Shown here piece by piece: positions 26,056 to 38,000 of a stretch of 64,000 bases of DNA (within the stretch, counting starts at the first letter, position 1; every line of letters begins with the position of its first letter). This DNA is from Laetmonice hystrix (taxonomy: Eukaryota). The notes beneath the pieces are model-generated. The model was not told where the DNA came from. It did not search any database and saw only the letters and a list, made by a program, of their open reading frames with translations. The translations under genes and the position numbers were made by a program. The stretch covers positions 55,306,001-55,370,000 of the forward strand of contig OZ249436.1 of the NCBI GenBank assembly GCA_965235115.1. Reading direction: 5' to 3'.

Positions 26056-29000
26056 CCTCTCAAGATCTATATTTCCCGCTTACATAGTTCCCCTAGATAA
26101 GCAGTCTAACCCCTTGCTCCAACTGTTGGTATACCCCACTAATGAGCTAAGCTCCTCCCAGATCCACCTTTTTGAAAAGGCAAGATATTCGCCCCCACCC
26201 CCAACCCAGACACCCATGCACATAGAAGTGAATGGGTTGCTGGGTCGAAAACAACGACATAGCAACCATTCACTTCTATGTTAAGTTATCGACGTCGTTA
26301 TTATCGACCTTTAGTAAAACCGGCCCCAGGGCGGTAGAACATGAGCGGTGATGTGGTCGAGGTTTACGTTTGTATCATTGGGTCTTAGATACATCCGAGG
26401 TTATTTCTGAACCGGAAATGGCCTCGGAAATTCCGACTGGTCTATCTTCGTCACAATGGGAGAGAATACTGACTACGGAGCCCTTGAGAAATTTACCTTT
26501 TTCAGTCTGTGGGTGAAGGCTAGATCTAAGGTTGAGTCGAAGCATGGCTTGTTGACAGACCCACAAGGCGGGTTGCGATGATGAGGACGAAATGCAGGGT
26601 CTTTGTCGTACCCTTGAGTGGGACCATTTCTCACATGGTATTTGCCCCTCCCCCCAACAAAAAATGATAGAGAGAGAGAGAGACAGAAACAGAGAGAGGC
26701 AGAGAGAGAATGAATGAATATTTTATATTTTTTATGGAACTCCTGTCCTCAGACTACACGACTTCTCTGTGGAATTCATGACAGCGTGGAAAACAAATCC
26801 CTCTGTATAGAACCCCTGTCCTCAGACTATACACGACTTCTCTGTGGAAGTCATGACAGCGTGGAAAACAAATCCCTCTGTATAGAACCCCTGTCCTCAG
26901 ACTACACGAGTTCTCTGTGGAAGTCATGACAGCGTGGAAAACAGATCCCTCTGTATAGAACCCCTGTCCTCAGACTATACACGACTTCTCTGTGGAAGTC
27001 ATGACAGCGTGGAAAACAAATCCCTCGGTGGAATTCTCATCATCAGACTGCGCAACTTCCCTGTGCAATTCCTGACATGGTGGAAAACAGATCCCTCCGT
27101 GGAGCTCCTGTCCTCAGACTACACGACTTCTCTGTGGAATTCCCGACATCACCTGATTCTCTATGGAATTCCCAACATCACCTGATTCTCTATGGAATTC
27201 CCAACATCACCTGATTCTCTATGGAATTCCCAACATCACCTGATTCTCTATGGAATTCCCAACATCACCTGATTCTCTATGGAATTCCCAACATCACCTG
27301 ATTCCCTATGGAATTCCCAACATCACCTGATTCTCTATGGAATTCCCGACATCACCTGATTCGCTGTTGAATTTATGCCAGAGCCCATCATCTCCGTAAA
27401 ATAGTTCATCATAAACAATTCAGTCCACTCTGACCCTCACACGGGGGTGGTGGCGGCATGATAGGTCTGCCGTTCGCCACCCCTTACATTTACATTTCAA
27501 CACCTAATTACTACTGTCCAAATACTACGTCTTATAACTTATCAGTAACAACAGTAATATCTCACTTCTTAGTAAGCTGCTTTCAACAGTTGATACACTT
27601 ATTCACTAACACTACGAATGTGACACCAAAATATTATGAATGCATGACTGCAAATCCAGGATACCTCAACTATGGCTTGAAACTTGCCTGGCCACATTAC
27701 CTCCAATACTCACTGCTATTCTCTAACTTTATTTCTTATACACGCCTAATAAATTATGTATTTATTTTACACATATTTGATCCTGTAGATCACTCGTATA
27801 ACTCATATTAATTTACATGTGTGCTACTTTCACTTTCACTATCAAGTGCATTGCTCTACTGGCTTGCTGTTCATCGACATCGGGGGTCATTTCCATCCAG
27901 TAATGTTATGAACGTGTCTAACGCCTGTTCCTAACCACGAATCGTCACAATATAAACGGCAATCGGTCACGTATTAAAGTTGTAATAACGTAATATATAT
28001 ATATATAATACATGCATACACTATGGCGTGTTGTGGCCAGACGTGGCCAGGCCTTGCATACTGCCCAAAATCATCAGTTTGGCGCTGCTTGTGAAAATAC
28101 CCAGTATATGTTAAAACATAAGATTAATTAAAGGACAAGTTGAGGCTCTGAAAGCTCTAAAGGCCGGTTTATAGTCTGTCGGTCGACCATCGCCCGACCA
28201 TCGCTCGTCAGGTCAAAGTTCACGTAGGTTTAACTCTCAGCGATCGGTGGGCCGATGGCCGGATCGCTGAACTATAAACGTCGAGCGCTGGTCGGCCGAT
28301 GGTGACTATAAACCGGCCTTAAGGGTGAAAGGTTAATGCAGAAATATTGATAATGGGGAGACAGGATAGAGCCTATACAAAATTTTAAGATATATGTCCG
28401 TAACATCTGTGCCAGCCGTACTGGGCACACTTTGCCACGGGATACGTTGCTCCTCCGTATACATTATTGAACTCGGGTCAATCACGTCTTTTCGTGACAA
28501 GCATAACATCAGTAGATACTGCCGTCTCCACGTCCTCAGTATCATTACTATTATAACTAGAAACTCTGATTGCCAAGCAATAAAGATATATTCCCCAATG
28601 GTTTTCTATCATAACCTATAGTATACATTTTTCTCTCATATATTTAATTAGACTGTCCTTTGATTTAACCAACTGTTCCACAGGAACCTGACACTATTGT
28701 CCCAACTCAAAGTTGTTCCTCCTGTTACGGCATATATTGTCGCCGTGCATATTTTGTCGCCGGCGACAATATATATATTGTCGCCGGCACATAATGTCGC
28801 CGGCATATGTGCAGAGAAGTACGACCAGTGGAAGGTTCCTACTTCCGTGTTTTTGGCTGTTGTTTCTGAATGTCAATGTTTCGTAATCCATGGGGCATAT
28901 TTTAACTTGGCCCGTTTTAGAAACTTTCCCCCTACAATTATTTTGCCTGCCTGTCTGCCTCCTCTCCCTCTCTTCCACACACTTCCACAATGATCACCGA

Positions 29001-32000
29001 CAACCGTACAGTAACCGGCGCCGGCGACAGTATATGCCAGTGTGCATGGCACATATTGTCGCCGGTGCAGTCCGCTATAGGCCTACATGTACCAACGTTA
29101 CCGGCACATATTGTCGCCGGCGACAATATTATGCACGGCGACAATAATATATGCACTGAAAACACAGACTTGTCAAAAGGTCGTCAAATAAACAAGTTTT
29201 GGCTTGTCAATCTGACGGTGCCTAAAACAACAAGTTTTAACTCGTCACCTCGTCAAAAACTACTGTAGGCCTAACTCGTCGAAAAGTTGTCAACTAGAGA
29301 CTTGTCAAAAGGTCGTCAAATAAACAAGTTTTGGCTTGTCAAACTGACGGTGCCTAAAACAACAAGTTTTAATTTGCCACCTTGTCAAAAACTCGTCGAA
29401 AACTACCTCGTCAAAAACTACACTGGATGTACTCCATAAATCATGGACCTGTAGTCCATGCCAATGTCTGGAAAAAAAAGTCTGCAACATGCACATTGAG
29501 AAGAAAAACGTTCAATTAAAGGTTTTAAGACAAAACAAACAACTTGACAGATGGAGATAGTAAAATTCCTGTATTTCACATTTTCCTTATATACACTGCT
29601 TTGACACTGGGCTATCCTTTATAACTAATAACATAGCCAGTCTGTCTTTTTAACTTTACGACATCATCATGCTTGTTCTTCCACGGCTTTCTCAGTCCTG
29701 AAATACAAAAGTAAAATGTTAGGAATACCGGTATATATGTTCTGGACCTTTAATTTTCAATTGCCGAGCCAAGCCGAGTGGGTTATCGTGGGTAAAGATG
29801 CTTAATAAAAAAATTCATGTCATTTAAAACTGGAAGATTACTTTAAAAGAACAGAAAAACCCCTATTCCGTCCCGCCAAAACTGTCATGACAGACAACCC
29901 CCTCTACTGTCGGGCTTTGTGCAAGAAGCCTATTTTCGATCGATAAATTTTAGGGGCATCTTTCTATTCTTCACAAAAATTAACATCCCACTCGAGTCTA
30001 AAGAACATTCTGCTATGATATACAGATGATCTGACACAATATAACACCATTTATATACCAGATTACTCAGATTAAGCAGTGCTTACCTTCTTTCGTGACC
30101 TCTAACTCCCGTCGGCATCCGTTACGAAAATGTAAAACACGTGTCAGGTACGCGACATTCTAAGCAGTTACAACGGACTTTATGACGAGTTTGTGACAAT
30201 GACCTTGTCAATAGTTTGTCAGTGTCCTTGACGAGGCTAAATTTGTTACTTTGACAAGCCTAGCTGTGACGAATCCTTGACGACCTAAAGTTTTCAGTGC
30301 CGTAACACCTTCCATAACTTTACTCGGGATGATCCTGTTGGCAAACCAGAAATGCAAACTAATGTTTGTCAACCGCGCCCCAGGCAGTGCTGGACCTTAT
30401 TGGTGCGATACTCTTCGGTGAAAATAGGTGGCCTGTGGTGAGGGGGGGGGGGGGGGTCACTGGAAGCGGTTGAACCAAAGAGTGTAATTCTTTGGTTCAA
30501 CTCCAAGCGTGGGAGGATGCACTCGCACTTGCGAGGAGAAATGCAATGTGGCGAGGACAAGTTCACCAGAAATTGGCAAGATGGCGAATGCCCCCCCCCC
30601 CCCTAGCAAATGACTAGTACATGTATCAATCGGTCGGCCCACGATCCCTTCATCTGATCCCTTCATCGAGGACCAGATCGCTGTTTCTTTGGGTATGCTA
30701 AAGTGCATGTAGGCTTAGACACAACTGAATAAGTCATCAAATAGAAATATTTCATTCATGACCTCAGTCCACGGTTATGTAGGACTATAGTATACGAAAG
30801 CCCAGAAGGCTCATCCGAGATGCGAAATGCGAAATTTGAGATGTGAGATGCGAAATCCGAAATCCGAAATGCGAAATGCGAAATGCGAAATTCTGAAAAA
30901 AACGCTGGCCAATGAGATATAGGCCTATAGAGGTTACTTACTTTTCGTCTCATGGTTCTTTTTCAACACAGGAGTCACTATAAAATGTCAGTTTTTGATT
31001 CTTTGGTCCCTTCTTTGTGATGTCAGTAAATGCATATAAAGCGTTCTTCACTGTTTTAAGGCTACACTGTCAAAATAGATTAGTTAAACACCCAACTGTA
31101 CTTCCCCAAACCCTAGAAATCCCATAATTCCCCTTGATTGGCCATGCCACCTTCCGGCATGCAAATCTCGGTCGCCATCTTGAAGTGGGGTAGCTGCAGC
31201 AGTAATGGCGGAGAGTAAAGTGAGAGTAGCCGACAGAAGACCATCCCGTGACCATCGTTTAAGCCTTCCATGCATTTAATCAGGCACAAAATAACCGAAT
31301 AAACCCTGGTCAAAGTATGACAGAAGACCGGCTCCGAATGTTTCAGAATCCGTTGGGACGGACAGATGTAAGCCCTTCTCATGGGGCTTTACATTTTGAC
31401 ATTTCGAATTTTATATTTCAGATTTTGCATTTCGCATTTCACATTTCGGATCTCGCATTTCGGATTTCGGATTTCGGATTTCGGATTTCGGATTTCGGAT
31501 CTCGCATTTCGGATTTCGGATTTCGAATTTCGAATTTCGTATTTCAAATTTCGAGGCGCGGATCCAGGATTTCTTGAAGGGTGGGGTTCAGGGTCTTCTC
31601 AAAGAGCACCTACATACAGAACAGGCGCGGATTCAGCACTGCAAAGGGGGGACGCCTTCGAGCGCCAAGGGCACGAGGAGAACATCTGTAGGGGAGGGTC
31701 TGGGAAAATTTTTGAATATAGAAGGCAAAAAACGCTATTTCCTGGCATCTAAAGATAGAAATTGTGACGGAATGCGAAAGTTTCTCAATGGCATTTAGGC
31801 CTAGCCTACCAATAATTTTTGTCACTTCTTCAAAAAAGGGGACTGTGCCCCCCCCCCCAACTGCACTTGCCCTTGGATCCGCGAATGCAAAAGTTAGCAA
31901 TGAAGTGCACTTTGAGGCCCAATGAGGGTTCGAACCACCGACCCCCCCCCCCCCCGAATCCCCGCCTGCATAAGTAAGGAAGTAACTTCTCACTTATTGG

Positions 32001-35000
32001 CCAGCGTTTTTTTTTGGGGGGGGGGGGGTATTTGTTTTTATTTTTTTAAGCTTTTCACATCTCGGATTTCGGATTTCGGATTTCGCATCTCGCATGAGCC
32101 TTCTGGGCTTTCGTACTAGTAGGCTATACTTCCCCAGATTAACCTCGAACCAAACTGATTTAGTGCAAGTGATCGCTTTGAAGCCGTAGCAGAGGCAGTC
32201 TTATTTGAAAAGGAACTCTAACAAAATACTATTAAGGCACAAAAATACAATATATCTGGTTATTTGAGGATAAGGAAAAAAAATCAAAGAATAAAATCTA
32301 CCGAGAAAGGAACTGAATGCAAGAAATCTGCTCTGGTGAGGACACTAATCTGTCCACTACGTATGGCCAAAGATAATGATCATTCATAGATCTTTGGTGT
32401 GGCTAAGCCCACCTCATTGTGGCTAATAGATTTTGGCTCAAACTCGCCACAGCGGCGAAGAATATTGAAAACCTAGCGCACGCCCAGCTATGGTAACACT
32501 TGGGATTTGGGATTACATGTAAGGATCGTATTGAAAACACCACCACAACCTCTTGTGACAGAAATCTCTGGGCGTTTGGGATTCTAGAGTGGTAGAACGT
32601 CCTTGGCATATCGATACCCACTGGCTGCACGATCGTCTCTAACCCTGCGCAAGTACAGGACAGGTACTGTATGATGCATGAATTCATGCATGAATCTATG
32701 CATTAATTCATGCATTTGCAATATGCCTAGCGGTGGCAGCCGAAGATTTTCAATGGTTACCACAATCTAAAAGTCAACGACTTACATGTGGACATTTCCG
32801 ATGATTGCCTCGTGCACCCTGACGGTACCTGTCGTTCAGCTGGTGTGAATGGTCGCATAGGACCTGTCGTTCAGCTGGTGTGAACGGTCACATAGGACCT
32901 GTCGTTCAGCTGGTGTGAACGGTCACATAGGACCTGTCGTTCAGCTGGTGTGAACGGTCACATAGGACCTGTCGTTCAGCTGGTGTGAACGGTCACATAG
33001 GACCTGTCGTTCAGCTGGTGTGAACGGTCACATAGGACCTGTCGTTCAGCTGGTGTGAACGGTCACATAGGACCTGTCGTTCAGCTGGTGTGAACGGTCA
33101 CATAGGACCTGTCGTTCAGCTGGTGTGAACGGTCACATAGGACCTGTCGTTCAGCTGGTGTGAACGGTCACATAGGACCTGTCGTTCAGCTGGTGTGAAC
33201 GGTCACATAGGACCTGTCGTTCAGCTGGTGTGAACGGTCACATAGGACCTGTCGTTCAGCTGGTGTGAACGGTCACATCGACCTTCATCCTATTTAGTCT
33301 GGGATTTTACGCCTCTCCAACAGCCAAGGTGATATGGTTGAGGAGGGTTACAAGTTTTCAAAAAAATAATTATGTATCTTATTTTCATATGATTTGAAGA
33401 ATGTGCCCTACCAAACATTACCCATACCCGAGGTGAGGTCAATAAAAGGAAGAGATAGGACACATATAGGCCTGTCACTTAGGAAACTATTTTCTGCTTG
33501 CTGTTCTATCAGCATAATTTCTTTCACGGGGACGCCTTTCCGCTGTATCAACACATTATATTATATGAGATCTACGTTTACAAAGTTTGAGGCTACTATG
33601 CAAATGTAATTACAATGTATCTTAATAGCTAAAATTCAAATGTTAGTTCTACTTTTGGGTCGGTTGACGCACGGCTATATTTGGGCCTAATTTATTCACT
33701 ATTGGGAGCGTTAGCATGTGTAGGATTGATCACCACATGTTAGTCTGGAACTACTACTATAATACAGATAGATACATAAATCTTTATTTAAGTGGCATGT
33801 GAGCACATTGTACAATACGTGTGGTTCTTGCATATATTTACAACCCCAGCAAAAGATTATGCAATTCTCACCCAGCCCACTTGGGCTTACGTCACTATTT
33901 ACAGGATTAGATAACAATACGTGTTGATTACTACAGCATCGCCGAACAAATGTATACATATTGTGATTATGTAGTCGACTACATCATTAACATATAGTTT
34001 ACTTTACTCGAGCATCAGCTAAAAATATACATTTGTCGTCGTCTCACAGAGGATGCTTCCCAAACATATAGGGGCCTAGTGCAGTGAACTTAACCACTTC
34101 CTCCTCCATGTTTCATATCCAGCTGTAAACTATTTCACTAGTATAGAAGACTGCAACCATATCCTCTGAATTCTCAGGTCATTGTTAGTAAGTATCAATA
34201 AAACTGCGACCATATCTAGTGACAAGTATAGCTGATCAATACATTCATTCTGCATCAAGCAAACGACGTGGTTCAGTCATGAGCATTAAACGGGCACAAT
34301 TGGAAGAATCGCACTTTTGAACGGCTTTTACATATTTTATAAGGCATTCTAAATGTTAAATGCAAAAAACAACAACCCAAAAACCAAAAACAAAAAAACT
34401 TTCAATCCACACACCTGTCGCGGTCATGTACTAACTGGTCGAGGGCGTTATACCCATCGTCTTTGGAATGAATAGGGAGTGGATGGGTCAGCAAGTCACG
34501 GTCCGATTGATCATTCACCGGAAACAGCCGGTGGGAATCCACTTGGTCGCTTGATACATATGTAATGAATGGCCATGTATCATATCGTTACATATCACTG
34601 GCTGCATACTATATAATAGGTGTGCCTTCAAGGCCTATAGTGTGCCTACAAGCTCGGAACGCGCGCGCATATAAAGCCTACACACGCACCCGCTTCGTCC
34701 AACATAGGCGTAAGAGGCAACGGGGTGGATATGGAATTCATAAGGTAACGTTATATTTATATGTAACCGCATATGCCACCAAACCTTAAGAGGTCTGACG
34801 TTTAGTCTGGTAATTTCGTTGGAATTTTGTGGAGATTAGCCATTTTCCCACAAGCCCACATGGCGGCCATCACGGTTTCAGCCTTTGTGGATTGGTTCTT
34901 CCCATGAGTTCTCCATGGAGCTCTCAAAGCAGCCATGACGACATGCAGTTCACCAAGTCTGGGGACGACTGGGTGTTTCAAGCCAGGCCTGGCATCTAAT

Positions 35001-38000
35001 AGTTGCACAACCTTCTCATAGAGAGCCGTGTCAAATGAGATGATCGACAGTAGGATGATCTTCACCAACTGCCAGGTTCCTCACCTGAATTGCTTGCATG
35101 GTCACGGTGAGTAGAGTTGACCACGCATGTGCTACCTCTGGGAGTAGTGGTAAAGCTCCAACCTGAGACACAGGCTGGCTTGTAGGCAAGAGTGAGTTGC
35201 AGCCTCTCTCCGTTTGTTTGGTTGTGGTTTTGGCTTGTCACAGTGTAGCATAGGTACATGACATGACGGGACTAAGAGAGTCTGTGCATTACCAATGGTC
35301 AGAGGTGGTGCGATGGTTTCTCCAGGTGCATCGGATTTCTGGTACACCACCATGATTGTTCCATGAGTAGCTCCTTTGCCATCAGTGGTGTCTTCAGCAA
35401 AAGCTGTGTTGTCTGCAGCAAAGAAGACAAAAGTTCCTTTCTTGAGGAATGGGGGAACACAGAGGCCTTGAGACTGCTTGGTGTTTTCGATGACAGCATT
35501 GGCAAGAGCACTATCGAGAAGGAGGACGTGGCCATGTGAGACAGAGTAGCCCTGTGCATTGAGGAGACCCATCAACAGTTTAGTCCTTGTATCGTGGTGG
35601 ACAGTCTTGAGGGGGTTCTCTTGCATGTTGCTCTCTGAATCCATAATGTTTAGACTCACAGTAAGAGTGGCCACTCGATCATCATGTACAGTTCAGCTGG
35701 AAAATGCTGCTAGTCACTGTTACGGTATTTGCTTGCCTGTCCTTAAAGTCTGTAATGCGCTTACGTATTGCCTGTGCTGCTCTGAAAAAGGCCTTCATGC
35801 TGTCTGTGCCATTGCCTTCGCTTGTGATAACAGAATGGACTGTCTTCCTCACATGCGTCAGGGGAGTACAAGACAGCTGACTTCCTTCGGTTTTTCTGTA
35901 AAGCAGACTTTACACCGGGCAACTCATCAAGGATCTTTCCTTCAGCCACTTTCTGCTTTGGTGAATAGGTTTCATGCCTTCTACTCCAAGCATATTGACA
36001 TAGATGGTAGGCTTTGTTTTGAGTCTGCACATCAACGAGGTTGGTCAGCTCAATCAGACATGCTGCTTGCAGTGGGTGAACTTTATGTGTGCTTGTCCTG
36101 TAAGTTTCTTCTCGTGCAACATGGAAGACATGCCTTGTCCAACATGATTTGTGATATCTGACGTCTATTGCATGAGCATCATTTTCTGTGATACTTGTGT
36201 TCGGTCTCGTTTTGAGTACTGCATTTTGGAAATGTGCATGAGACCAGAGGTTGGTGGGCCTAGTTCATCCATTTTAGTGCTTCCTCCTTTCTGTCCACTT
36301 TTTTTGGCAGTGTACATTCCCGTAGATAATGCATGGTCATTGCGCTCTCGGGCACCTGTATAGATCTGTCCTTGTTAGTTTCACTACAGTAGAAGCTAAC
36401 TCGCAAAAAGTAAAAATAACCACCACCCTGTAAATATAACCACCACCGCTGCAACAATTAAAAGAGTTAAAAAATCCAAGATGCCGTCAATACAGTAATT
36501 TGCCTATTTGTACATTTTGAAACATCCAAGATAGCTGCCATGTAGGCTTCTGGGGAAATGGACTCTATTTTCTGATTAGTTATTCCGTACAGTTTCCAAA
36601 AATATATAGTTTTGTTAATCTCAAAAAAATTCCAACGAAAGCTAAAATCTGAACATGGTGAAACTGACTAGTTGTGAAAATATACGCTACGTTTTTCATC
36701 TCTTCGTGTTGCAGTCTGAAGATCTACTTGCCGCTGGTTATCTTGGCGGCTGGCCTCACCATTCCAATCGTATCTGCAGTTTACAAACCTGTCAGTCATA
36801 GACCAACCATTGAGGACCTGATAAATCATCTCCTCCGAGATAGCGACCCTGTATTTCGCCCTCATCATGCGAACCCACCTTGTGGCTCTGTCAACAAGCC
36901 ATGCTTCGACTCCACCTTAACCTTGATCCGGGATGGACTGAACCAGATAAATTTCCCAATGTCGATTAAGGAAGCCACCGAATTCGTCGACCACTACAAA
37001 GCTGGTGGTCTTAGTATTCGTGAGATAATCCGCACTGGGCAGAAGGCCGCCAAGACCATCTGGATAAAATTTGGGCTTGACTTCACTAATTTACACCCAA
37101 AAGACTTTCTTGCAGGTGGCGGAATCATCAAGGGGGTTGCGACTTTCCAGCCCTACATCATGGATCGTAAAAGCAAATACAGATTTCTCTCCGCCACCTC
37201 CGGAAACAAGGCCCAGTTTTTCGATGCGAGGGTCAGTTGGGGTGGGTGGATTCTGAGGTTCGAGAAAGACTTCGTCAGTCGCGGCACCTTCAAGGGCATG
37301 GCTCCTAAGAATTCCCGATTCCATGTCGCCAGTTACGTCATCTTTCCTTGCGAGGACGTTGGGAAGTATGGTGGGCCGTGCAGGAACATCCTCAATACGT
37401 CACATCCGAGCAAACCTATGTTAATTACGTTTGAAACACGTGAGTTAATCGTCAGGGTACCACCAGTGGATTATCTGTCCTTCTATCTGGACGTGAAGAG
37501 CGATGTGCTTGGCAAGGGCGAGACCGTCGGCGCATACTATCCCACGGCTGATGGAGGCAGGACAGTCCGCCAAGTTGTGACCTTCCCAGGGGGATACCGT
37601 CAACATCCGCGATATTAAAACAATAAAAGAGTAATACACTCAACCATATATCATGGGTTTTATCTAATAATTCTGTTACTCGAATGCGTGTTTGTACCTA
37701 TCTCGACTCTCTCGCCTGCTTGACTAGACTGCCGCTGAAGCCGCTGTCCATATTTAAAGGAGACATCTAAGGGTTTTGACCCGGTTTTGTGACTAACAAA
37801 TACCAAGCGAATATACTAACCTAAATTTTGGCCAAAAGTGTCCAGACGCCTTCCTTAGGTCCCGGTCCATGTGCAACCACAACCATATCATAAACATGTT
37901 ATGAATTCTGTGATGTGACGTCATATAGGCCTACGCAACCTCACTTCGGTTCCGCAGCTTCAGCTCCATTGTTTGTAACAATAGCAGCACAGTACAGACC

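Noticed and set aside
27141..27362. CRISPR-like 29-bp repeats
   Set aside because: No spacers; this is a simple minisatellite.
32827..33278. CRISPR-like array (35-bp repeats with a hairpin)
   Set aside because: Units are head to tail with no unique spacers, there are no cas genes, and the context is a eukaryotic intron.
35132..36161. Functional host genes in ORFs 35132..35674 (-) and 35559..36161 (+)
   Set aside because: The minus-strand ORFs are frameshifted transposase pieces inside TIR/TSD bounds, and the plus-strand ORF is their antisense shadow.
36674..36714. GTG start making the 314-aa ORF a single-exon or prokaryote-like gene
   Set aside because: These 41 nt are a polypyrimidine tract and acceptor, and a phase-matched ATG exon exists at 34731-34744.
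25152..37618. In-frame SLC22 / nested-gene fusion protein
   Set aside because: Phase 0 donor versus phase 2 acceptor; the chimeric frame stops after 28 codons.
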